NCBI GenBank assembly: GCA_021613535.1
Contig: CP075496.1
Location: 7,812,001 to 7,876,000, forward strand
DNA length: 64,000 nucleotides
DNA from: Adineta vaga
Taxonomy: Eukaryota; Animalia; Rotifera
Reading direction: 5' to 3'
Shown here: one piece after another, positions 52,911-64,000 of the stretch
Layout of the letters: every line of letters begins with the position of its first letter
How positions within the stretch are numbered: the first letter of the stretch is position 1
Notes under the pieces: model-generated
What the model saw: the letters and a program-made list of their open reading frames with translations, nothing else
The model's database searches: none
Told to the model about the DNA's origin: nothing
Program-made: the position numbers and the translations under genes

Positions 52911-54827
52911 CGTAGAATTTCAATACTATGCTTTTCTAGAATAGAAAAGGATAAGAAAGACAGAAGAGGAAACATGGGATTTCTTTTGTTTTTGTTTTGT
53001 GAAAGGAAAGAAAGATAAGAACGGGTGTTCGACGAGTACTTGAAACTAGTCTGAAGTATTTGAGGGATGGGTGAGAAGGAATAAGCAATGAAAAAGAATA
53101 TGAACAAAATGAAGTTTGTATGAAGCTGATCTCTGTCTTGCGACAATTTTTGTCAACTAGAGGGTTCTTATTTACTCTTCAGTTATCGTATATTTGTCAG
53201 TAATGTTGTACACTAAGTTCATTGAGAGCACAAGGGACGAACATTGATAAACTTATGTTTTTGATCGCTGAAAAATTATGTGTGTTTAATTATATTAGTT
53301 CTTCTTAATATATTTACAAGTCATATCCGATGTTCTTTTTCCTTAGATTATGAAACTAATTAAATTGTTAAATAATATATGCTTGAACACGAACATGCAT
53401 TTGTCTTCAAAAGTATTATTTGTCATTCATATAATCAACAGGTTTGATGACAACGATATAGGTTATTTATAAAACAATTAACAGAAGGATCAAGTTTATT
53501 GTTGTTTTATTGATGTGCAGCCATAAACTTCAGCTTGTAGAGTTCTTGACTGAAAATATATCAATTATTCAGAAGAATATGTTGACATGTAGTAGAAATC
53601 AGTGCAATTGAAAGTGGAATAAAAGAAGATGATCAGAGAAAGAGGTGAACTCGTATTTGCTTGGTTTATATATTTTAACATGTATAACGTTAAGTTCATT
53701 CATGTGAATTCTAAGAGTGTCGATAATTTTTGTTAATGATAAAAGAAACAGTTACGATAATCTATTGAAATAATTAGAAATATAATACGTCATCGTTACA
53801 TTACACTCTACTTATAAAATGCTGTCCTCTTACATAATTCTTGTCATCATATGGTAATTATCAAAAAGCATCGTCATATTATATTTACGATGTTTGTCTG
53901 CGAAATAAACTGAGCTATATTTACACAAATGAGTCTGGTGATACTATGTCGTTCTTTAATTACAACTGTCAAAAACAACTATCAGCATTTATATTGAATA
54001 TCGATATAATCTAGTACTTTGAAACTAATACATTATCAGAAAATCTAGTTGTGATATATGATTAGTTCTCGACGCAAAAGACTAAAAATATGGTATATAA
54101 ATTTATTTGATGTTGTTCGTCATAAAGTTGCGTATTAGTACAAGTTTTTCTTCTACCATCAATTCATCATGACAGAATTAAAGCTTGCTGATTATGTAGA
54201 AAAGGAAGAAGAAAAGTAAATGTTTACAATTCTTTTTTCATCTATCAAACAAAACGATTCATCAAGGAATTCACAGATAAATATCTGTTGCTTCTTCTTC
54301 TTCTTCTTCTTCATAATCCCGTGTTGTTTTTGTCTTTGAATATATAATTCTGGATCATTTGTGATTTTGATTGATAGTATTTCTCTTCATTATTCGTATA
54401 CGAAAATTGATAATAATCAATGTAAATCAATTCGCCATTAATATTTATACTCATTTAAATGATCAAATATTTGCAAATGTTCTGTACAACAAACTCACAA
54501 ATAATAAATAATTAGCCTTTTATCTGTTGTTTCAGCAAATCCTTGTTTTTTTCCTCTATTAGATCTATTCCAGTACAGATTGATAATAAAGTCCAGCGAT
54601 TATTTGAAAGATGCAGAGTTTATATAATTCGATATGGTTTTATAAATCTTTATTTCCGATGATAAACGAATATTTTATTGAGAAAAGTAAGATACAAGAA
54701 AATAGTACAATTATATTCGTAAAAATGATTATTTTGATAAATGAAAATATCTTTATTTTAAGTTCAAATTATTAGTATGACGCTATTAAGTTTATATACA
54801 CATGACAAGGCAAAGTGTATACGAAAA

Positions 54828-56094
54828 TCATGACCATGCTTCCCATTCATCATCAAATTCATTTTCTTTTGTCTTCTTCTTAGGCAATGCTGATGGTTCT
54901 ACTGCTGGAGCTGACGTTGTCGTTGCTGTTGTTGATGATGATAAACTATCTGATGTAACTGTTTCTGCAGATTGAATAAGAGCATCCGTATCAGCTGTTG
55001 ATGGTATAGGTGATGAAGAAAGATCTGTTTCATCGAATTCTCTTTCCCAACTATCGCCTAAAGATAAAGCTTTGATTATCAATTCTATTCTTTTTTTAAA
55101 ATTATTTATAGAATCTCTTTACCTGTATCGCTTTCACTACGCTCATTAGTTGATTTTTCAAAAGATGAATTAGTATGTGTTACTTCCTGTTGTTGTTCTT
55201 CATGATGTTCAATAGATGCAATTATAGCTGATGACTCTTCACTTGTCTTTACTGGTTCTTCTAATGAATTCTCTTCTGTAAGATTAATACACAAAAACAA
55301 ACAATATAGAACAACTTTTCATACGTTTCTACCTGGTTCATCCCAATCATTGGTATTATTTTCTGCTGTATCGTCATTTGCTTCTGCACAAATTTCATGA
55401 GCACGTCGAAGTAATTGAGTACGTCTCGCTTCTTCTTCTTCGAGTTGATGTAATCGAAAATAATATCGAGACCAGAAATCGACATGAGTTGTCTGAGCTG
55501 GCACGAGATGTGCATAGAAAGATCGAACATGAGGAGCATCAATCAATAATTGAGCTATTTCTCCTTTACGAGCATCAACATTAAAATCTGTTGTTTGACG
55601 CCATCCTTCATATGCTTCTGTTTGAATAGGATCAGTTAAATAGGTTGATTCATCCTTTTGTAATCGAAGTAATTCATTCTAAAATATAGAATAGAAAGAT
55701 AACGATGAAAATATAAAACACAATAATACATTACATGAATACGATCGAATGCTGGTTTTGGAGGACCATGAATTTCACTATTCTCTTCAGTTTTATCAGC
55801 ACCATTTAATTTTGCTACAAATCGATTAATACCAAGATCGCCAACCTAAATAATTCTATTCATTATGATTCGTATGCTAAAAAAGAAATCATACTTCTTG
55901 AGTTTTGATCTTATTTATATAAGATTCTGTATCAACTTTAACAGTAGTAGTAAATTCAGTCAAATCCCGACGAACAAAATCCAATGCATCAGCCGACTAA
56001 AACAAGATGAAATGAAATAAATCATCTCTTTTCAAAGAAAATTTCTTACTTTATCACGAACTGTTTGGAGAGCTGATGTTAGCCAACTCGTCAT
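54828..56094 (-). CDS. BSDC1: BSD domain-containing protein 1
   Basis: MTSWLTSALQTVRDKSADALDFVRRDLTEF, BSD motif LVPAQTTHVDFWSRYYFRL, terminal DDEWEAWS. Confidence 0.9.
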
Positions 56095-56165
56095 ATTCAG
56101 AAAATCTACAAGAATAATTATTAAAAATGACTGTTTTAACCAATAAAAAATATCTCAGTTTTATT
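56095..56165 (-). promoter_or_regulatory. SLC36 poly(A) signal followed closely by the BSDC1 5' acceptor (candidate intercistronic region)
   Basis: AATAAA on the minus strand at 56165-56160, then a U-rich stretch, then ttcttgTAG ending at 56106, 11 nt before the BSDC1 ATG. Confidence 0.5.
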
Positions 56166-56298
56166 TGTTCATCACATGAATCGATTGTAAAAGAGGGAAG
56201 AAAAAAAAAGAATGTGAAGCTATTGCATTTTGTCGAAAAAGAAGAGGTCATTTCAGTCAAGACAGAGAAAAAAATATACGCAAAGATATATCAGTCAA

Positions 56299-58839
56299 TC
56301 AATCATCACATCGAGCGCCTTCACGAATACAAGCAATAATATTAGATATACTCAATGATGTACCAGCGACAAAAACATAAAGACCGAATAGAATAATAAA
56401 TGTATTAAAAATTAGTTTCCATTTAAATCGACCAAGTTTATCAGGCCAAAATGTTATCGTTTCACAAATAGGAGGAAATATCACTGATAATGCAGTTGAT
56501 GCTACAGCACCCACTAATAATAACAAAGAAAAGTTGAATTTTTGTATTGTATAAAACAAGAATCAAAAGAAATATACCTAATGAAATAACAAGACCAAGA
56601 TTAGGTATCAATGCAGCAACAGCAACTAAAACGAAAAAGAAAAAGAAAGAGTCATGTAATCCTACTATTGATAGAAGATAAAAAAACCGTTGAATAAAGT
56701 TCAAAAGTGTTATCTAATGTCGTTGCAAATGAAAAAGAACATATAATTTCTTCCTTTTCGTCTTTGTTAATCGAAAATGATTATCGAAATAACTCAATAG
56801 TTTACTTACAAGTGATAATAATCAATCCAATTCGAAACACATGTTCAAATTTTGCTTTAGTTCTTTCATTATATCTTCGAAGAATTTTTCGAGAAATACG
56901 TGGCCAAAGAAGTGTAAATGGTACATAAAATTGTAGATTATATGTTAAAAAGATAGCTACTGCATACATAATTTTGGTGAATTGATACAATCTATTCAAA
57001 AAATCAAAGAATAGGTAAAACAATAATCAATAAAATCGAAAGTCATACTTATTATCATTTGGTAAATTTAAACTAATCGATCCACGTGCATCCGAACCAT
57101 ATCGAATATATCCAAAAAAGCCAACGAAAAAATATAATATAGTTACAAGATACATCCCTGTATTTAATACTCCATTCAACCCACCATATGCTTCTGGTTC
57201 TTTCATTTTTTGTCGAATTGGTAAAACCTAATCAAAAAGAATTTCTTTCATCGAGATCTTTCATTATTTCTTCATTACTATATACCAGGGCGATACCTTC
57301 GAAGACATACATTGCTGATGCAAAGAAAACAGGCCAATCTGACGGTTTTGTTATCTTAGGTAATTCATTCAATGGTAAATGTGAACGTATCACATACTGC
57401 ATAATAATACATAAACCTAGACATATTCAAATGAAACTTTTCTTTCATAAGTAGATTTTCTCCTTACCTCCAAGACTGATTACATTAGCAGCAAGTGAAA
57501 ATGGTGCAAGTACTTTTAAACTTCGAATCATTGAAAAACCGATGACAAGTACTAGCATAATTAATTGATAGATTTGTATCGCTGGACTATTTGGTGTATA
57601 ATAATCGACAACTTGCTTAACACTTGCTGGTACAAAAACGAAATATACACAACAAAAGCCAAGTTGTATCAAGACGATAAAACCATCAATAACAAATCTA
57701 ATCAAACAAGTGATAATAGATCTCTTTCTTTGTTCAAAAAACTTCGTTCTATTTTCTTACTTTCCCAACTTTGCATAACGTTTTGCAAAGCGCCAGCGAC
57801 ATGTTTCTAATGTATATCGCATTATATCACCAAAATCACATTTAGTTCGTGATGTGCTAAAATATAAAACATATCCGAATATGAATTTTCTTGATTTCTC
57901 ATGTTTACTGAAATCGATAGTGTTCATGACAACGCAGTAATTGATGCATACAATAAAGTGTTATTGCACCCATTATCCAAAAAGCAATGGAACCAAACTA
58001 TCACAGAAAATGACAAAGTAGAGTAGTCGTTAATGAAAGCATCGATAGAACATACAACTAGTCCAGCTTTTGATAATGCATAAGGAAAAGCAAGAATACC
58101 AGCACCAATATTACCTTTGATTAAATGCATTAATGTTTCAGTATTTCTATACAGAACAAATTTCTTTCTTTTGTTTTATATTGAAGAGAGAATTTATTTA
58201 CGTTGTTCGATATTCACTTGGATCACCGGCAAACGAAGCAACAAGGGGTGCAACCTAAATATATATTAGATATGTATGGAATAATGAACCCTCAGGTTCC
58301 ACTCCTTCGAAAGTCTCTTATAGTTTTCTAAATAACCGTTGCTAACTGACTGATCAATCGAAATTTGTCAAAAGCTTACATTTCAAACGTATTTTTCTAA
58401 TATTTTTATACAAAGCAATGACATGAGATTGAATTGTTCGATTATATCTGCATTATAAATGATAGATCGACTATTCTTTTGCATTTGTTTGAACGAGTTG
58501 TACAAAAATTCTGTCTAAATATTTGAACTACATTGATGGAAACTAGTAATTCTTCATTCATCACTCGCTCTGATATTTCAATTGACGAAAGAGAGAAAAG
58601 ATCTTCTCGTTTTCTATCGATATAAAATTGATGTAACAACCTACAGCATCATTTTCATTATTTTCATCCCCATGAGATGTCGTTGAATTTAAATCTTCAT
58701 CAGCTTTCAATAAATTCGGTAGATCTGCTTTTTCTGAAATTGATGTATCTGTAATTGGTGTTGATGTTCGAACACCAGGTGACTCTGTTATAATTTCTGT
58801 TTGACTTTCTCGTGGTGTTGGTACTGGTGAATTTGACAT
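56299..58839 (-). CDS. Proton-coupled amino acid transporter (SLC36/PAT family)
   Basis: ETLMHLIKGNIGAGILAFPYA, QLGFCCVYFVF, LAPFSLAAN, VFEG, TYNLQFYVP, IPNLGLVISLVGA; many exons. Confidence 0.92.
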
Positions 58840-59219
58840 TGAATATTCCAAATGTGAACAAAAAACGAATTCGTTTTCAATCTTGTGATAAAAAAAGGAG
58901 AAGAAAAAGAAAAATATTTTCACATGTTTGTCTTTCCTCTATCCGTGTATTCTTCTCAATAACAAATCATTTGTTATCAACCAATGAAAAACATTTTTCG
59001 AGCCTCCTGCCAAATATACTTTTTACGTTGATTGTAGCACACTCATTTTATTCTGACTAATCGGACTCTTCGATATATAATTATTATTTGATTGTTGTTG
59101 TTTATACCTGTTTCTTTTCTTTGCGAAGAATCATTCATCCTGAAAAATTATTTCACCTTTTTTTATAAATATAAATGTAAGTATCTTAGTGATTCGTTTT
59201 TTTAATCAAATTTATAACT

Positions 59220-60690
59220 ATGCCAAAAAAACCTGTCGATGCAAATAAGCCACGCGGTCCTATCACAGCTTATGCTTTATTTGTTCGAACATGTCGAGAT
59301 GAATTACGTCGAAAATATCCTCAGTTAACTGTTGATTATAATGTTATTTCAAAAAAATGTTCCGAACGTTGGAAAGCAATGAATGAAAATGAAAAACGAC
59401 GTTTTAATGAAACGGCTGATGCACAACGGAAACGATATAAAGAAGAACTTGCTACATATCAGCAAGAACAATTAGCTAAACAACAACAACAACAAGCTGC
59501 ACCATCGTCGATTTTACTTCAAACACCGGCAACACAATATCTTATTGAACCTTCACAACAACAACAACAACAACAACATACATTAATTATGCCAACATCT
59601 GTACAACATGCGTTGGTTATTGCGCCGAAAAAACCAGCAAAGAAACGTAAACCAAAAGATCCTTTGGCACCAAAGAAACCATTATCAGCTTATTTTCTTT
59701 TTTGTGCTGATGAACGACCGAAAGTTCTTAGTTTACAAGCAGGTAAATTATAACATCTTATAAATTCATAAATTTGTGTTAATTTTCCATCAGATTGTTC
59801 AGTTGACTTTTGATAGATTGAAACATGCTAATGAGTTTTTCTTGTGAATTTAGTTATTGTCTTTATTAAATAATATACAATCTATCTACATGTCAATACA
59901 ACATCTATTCTATATTTTTAAGGGCTTATTTTATTAGAGTTTTCAATGTCATCGCGTTCTCTTTTGTATACATTAAAAAAGTAAAAGAATATTTTAATAA
60001 TATTCTTTTGTTTCTTTTCATAGAATTACATTTCTCGATACGCATTAGGAGTTCGAAGTAAGAAAAAGATATTTCAGTTTTATTAATCTTCAAATATATC
60101 AGAAGAAAAGAATGAACTACGCCAGAATAGCATATGTAGTTAAGTGATAGACAAAGGTCAAATATAAAAGAGATCGAAATGTTCTATATTCTGGAATATT
60201 TCTATTACATTTAAGATCTATCAATGAGATACGTGACTTTGTTTTTCATAAGCGTGTAAGCATATGTAGCGAGTCATACCTCGTTTGTTCGAATAGTTTT
60301 ATTTGTTATCTATTATCTTTTTCTTTTTAAAAGAAATATAAAAAACGAAAATAGCTACATGAAATTAAAGATAACAATAAGAAATTATGTATAGAGAAAG
60401 ACGTGAAAACATCCGACAGATTTTCTATTGTACTCGGAAGTTATTCGTAATCATTGTGAATATCTCATCTATTTCATTTTGTTTTTTTTATAGGCATGTC
60501 CGTTAGTGACGTGGCTCGTGAATTGGGTATTCGATGGAAGAATACGCCTGTTGAATCAAAAAGTAGATATGAACAAGCAGCATCGGAAAAGAAACATGCT
60601 TATCAAGCTGAAATGGTTCTTTATAAGCATCAAACATCATCAGGTTCTTCACCATCCGAAACAGCCTCAAACTCCATTAACACCGCATGA
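59220..60690 (+). CDS. HMGB/Dsp1-like protein with two HMG boxes and a Q-rich linker
   Basis: Box A KPRGPITAYALFV...SKKCSERWK and box B KDPLAPKKPLSAYFLFC...VARELGIRW; intron 59743-60493. The true end may be 60808 (see finding). Confidence 0.9.
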
Positions 60691-60999
60691 TTATCAATCA
60701 ACATTTACTTCGTTACCTATTCAACAATCCATGCAATTACAATATGATCTCAATGAAAATCCATCAGCCTTTGATTTGATGGCTAATGAAGACGATGAAC
60801 CATTGTAATGTGGAATCGAACGTTTTGATATTTTGTTTTCTTATCTGTATTTGTGTCGTGATTTTTCTTTCTCCTTCAGATATCTATTCTGGTGCATAAG
60901 AAAAAACGAAAGCGAAAACTAACGTCAGAATAGATCAAATGATATGTATTTTTGCTCCGTTCTAGAGGCCATGTAAGTTTCAATTAATCATCGGTGAAC

Positions 61000-63900
61000 A
61001 TGTTTGTTGCAACATCTTCGACAACAACTAATAGTCATCCATCATCATACATTGTTGCGACACCAACAACAGTCACAACAACAACCAATGCTACGCTTGA
61101 GACAACGACAAATAATGCTACGTCACCACAAGCATTAAGTGATATCAAACTTGTGTGTACTCAGAGAAAAAAGGTTTGTTCATCAAAAAACTCCCTTATC
61201 TTATGTTTTCTTGTATAAGATACTAGGCGATTCGAAAAATTTAACCATCTAAAGAAACGTTTCAATTGTGAAGATTTTTTCTAATTATAGAAAAGAAAGA
61301 CTTGTAAAACACAATTTACATATGTTCACAATATTGGACATAGATTGAAAGCATATCTATGTTTTCATTGAAATTAAAATATATTCTACTGTATATATTT
61401 CGTTTAGTAGATAATAAACTTTTGATAGTAACTAATCTTCTCACTAGATCATCTAAAACAAAAGCAATCCAGGGAGATTTCAAATAGATTTTATTCCAAT
61501 AATAATGAAAACATATGATTATTTTATTTATTTTTTTTACATTTTAGAAAACGAAACGTCATATCTATTTAACGTTTGTTGAAAGTTGTCCAATAACATC
61601 TCCAAGTGATCATCCATCAATCGAAATAACACGAAAATCGAATTCATCTTCTCAACCATCATCTTATCCATTGAATGACTGCATATCGTTTGAATATTTT
61701 GATACAGTGAAAAATGACTTTCAAGCCTATATTTATGCCTATTTCGAATCGTTTACTATATCAATATTTTTCTCTGATGAAAATTTTGAGAAAAAAACAC
61801 TTATTATCAAACATTTAGAATATATGTGTCACAGTAAAGCAGACAAATCGGCGGAAATGAACAATAATTCTTCTCAAGATCCTTCACAATCTCAATTAGG
61901 TCCATCACAATCACATCAACAAACACCTATTTTACCATGTACATCAACAACGGAACATATTCTTCATACATTTGATGTTAGTTTAATACCATATGGACCT
62001 ATCATACAGCGTGATCATGCATTAGTCGGTCCAACACGTCTCTATTTTACCACAACGGATCTTTATATTGCATCAATCAATTGTAATCATGTTGAGTTAA
62101 GAACGATAATTACAAATCAATGTCCATCAAAAGATAAAGCAATCTTATGTATCCCATATTTTACAATAAAAAATTATGGAAATCGTTCAAATATATTTCT
62201 TATTGAACTAGGCAAATCGAATTATGGTAATGGAGAAGTTCATATGAAATGCTATTCATCATCATTAGCAAGTACAATACATTTATTAGTTAGTCCTGTT
62301 ATTGAAGAACGTCCATTGATTCTTTCATCAGCGTTTCAAAATCAATTATTAACACATAAACGTATTGAAAAATCAAAATCGATTCATCCACCAGTTCAAT
62401 TAACACATGATACAATTAATCAGACAATATTAGATTCACCATCAACACTAATGAAGGAAAAATCATTGGATCCAACTGATCTCGAGTCTCAACAATCATC
62501 ATTAACAACAACGGCAACACCAACAACAAGCCATGAATCAAAAGCACATTTTATTGTTGGCTTTTTTCGTACCATATCAAAAAATGTTTCGAATTTACGA
62601 CGTTCAGCTACATTTCATCATAGTAATCATAACAATACAAATCATCATCATAATGAGCAATTAATATCATCAGAAAGTAATAATTTATTATCGAAAAATA
62701 AATCAGTTGCATTTAATATTGATGAAAAAACATTTCTGAACGATCAACATCAAATAATCTTACCTGAATCTCAGAAGAAAGCTGAATCAACATCAACAAT
62801 GTCATCAACAATGACTAAAGAAACCAGTGAAACAACCTTAACATCAGCATCAACATTAAATGCGAATAAACAAGATTCAACAATGGGTACATATATTGAT
62901 ATGGGACCAACAATTTCTAAAATTGATCAAAACCAAGAAGAAAATATTGAAGATGAAGTTATTGTGAAAGAAACAACAGCAACTGCAGAGATTGGTGTGA
63001 ATAGTAAGTAATCTATATTTGAATTTCAGAAAATTTGTAATTGATACGTAATGTTTACATTTATTTATTATTTAAGCAACGATCAGTTTATCACCTTGCG
63101 TTCGTTCAGCAATTATTGTTGGAAATTCAGTTCATTTAATAGCTGATGGTATGAAAATTAATGAGAGAGAAATCAGAATGATTTTGATATATTTTTGTTA
63201 GAAAAAACACTTTTTCCTATTGGTCAACGTTCATTTACTTCACCTGCGAGTGTTATGCAACCATTTAAAACTCAATTAAATGGTCCATCATCGAGTAACC
63301 CTCATGGTAATTAACATTCTTATCCTTTTTCTTTTTAATAAGTTCAACCGAAAAAAGACTTCTTTTCTTTAGCTACATCAGCAGATCTAATCACTTCTTC
63401 ACCAAATAGTTCCAGGTATGTTTTATATCGTCAATTTGAATTCTCATAGAACGTTCGTTTTCTTTCTCGTTTAGTTCTATTCCTCAAGCAAATTCAATTT
63501 CTAATTCTCAACAATCCCTTTTTCTTTCTTACGGTATTGTAACATTCAATAAAAATGATTTATTATCAAATGAACAATCTGAACGTGCAACAAGTCCACC
63601 ATTAGATGGTTCAACACTTGATCGTCGTCTCAATTCTGATCTTAGTCTTATGTCTATGCCTCAACAGCAACATCAAGGCTCATTTGTTCATCCATTGGAT
63701 AGTGTCTTTTCTTCATCAAGTACACAAATCTTTCGTAATCTATCGGTTTCAGCAAATAATATTGGTGATACAAATTCTGGTCAAATTCGAACTCCTCATG
63801 GTTCGATCATATTCTTTGATGAACATCTGAATGATCAAACAGCCACCTATTTACTTGGTTTACCATCGATAATCAATGATGAAACAATTCAAACGAATAT

Positions 63901-64000
63901 ATCCCGACTACCATCATTTAATCTATCATCATCAATTTCACGTCCTCAATTATCACATATCGATGAAAAAGAAGTTTCTTCGAACGATCCGTATGCACTA
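61000..64000 (+). CDS. IRS/DOK-type adaptor (divergent PH-like plus IRS-type PTB domain), 3'-truncated
   Basis: IPYFTIKNYGNRSNIFLIELGKSNYGNGEVHM resembles the IRS-PTB motif IRRxG...FxIExGR...GxGxxxM. One YIDM (YxxM) motif. Exons continue to a donor at about 63991. Confidence 0.7.

Noticed and set aside
59923-59940. GGCTTATT resembling the start of the bdelloid spliced leader as I recall it
   Set aside because: The match ends after 8 nt and there is no SL-RNA structure. It lies in an AT-rich intron.

Overview
AT-rich, gene-dense eukaryotic (animal) DNA with many short GT-AG introns of about 50-70 nt. This style resembles a bdelloid rotifer, which is inference from composition and gene structure only. 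I spliced about 20 protein-coding genes by hand, in this order: three tandem extended-Tudor genes, a receptor tyrosine phosphatase with two PTP domains, CPVL, a degenerate PUSL1/TruA, a SUEL-like single-pass protein, BICRA/GLTSCR1, an RNase T2 with a saposin-A-like N-terminus and C-terminal TM, two unknown proteins, MORN4, FAM43, two tandem NK2.1-type homeobox genes, a secreted EMI-like protein, an orphan GPCR, BSDC1, SLC36, an HMGB-like gene and an IRS/DOK-type adaptor that runs off the end. I could not support any rRNA, tRNA, CRISPR array or intact mobile element. Four observations stand out. (1) Unpaired splice acceptors point to spliced-leader trans-splicing: back-to-back in a 67-bp gap between divergent genes, and in a candidate SLC36-BSDC1 operon. 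(2) A hidden alternative first exon would give a myristoylated PTP isoform. (3) PUSL1 lacks its catalytic Asp. (4) The RNase T2 has an unusual domain architecture. Exon boundaries are manual and unvalidated.
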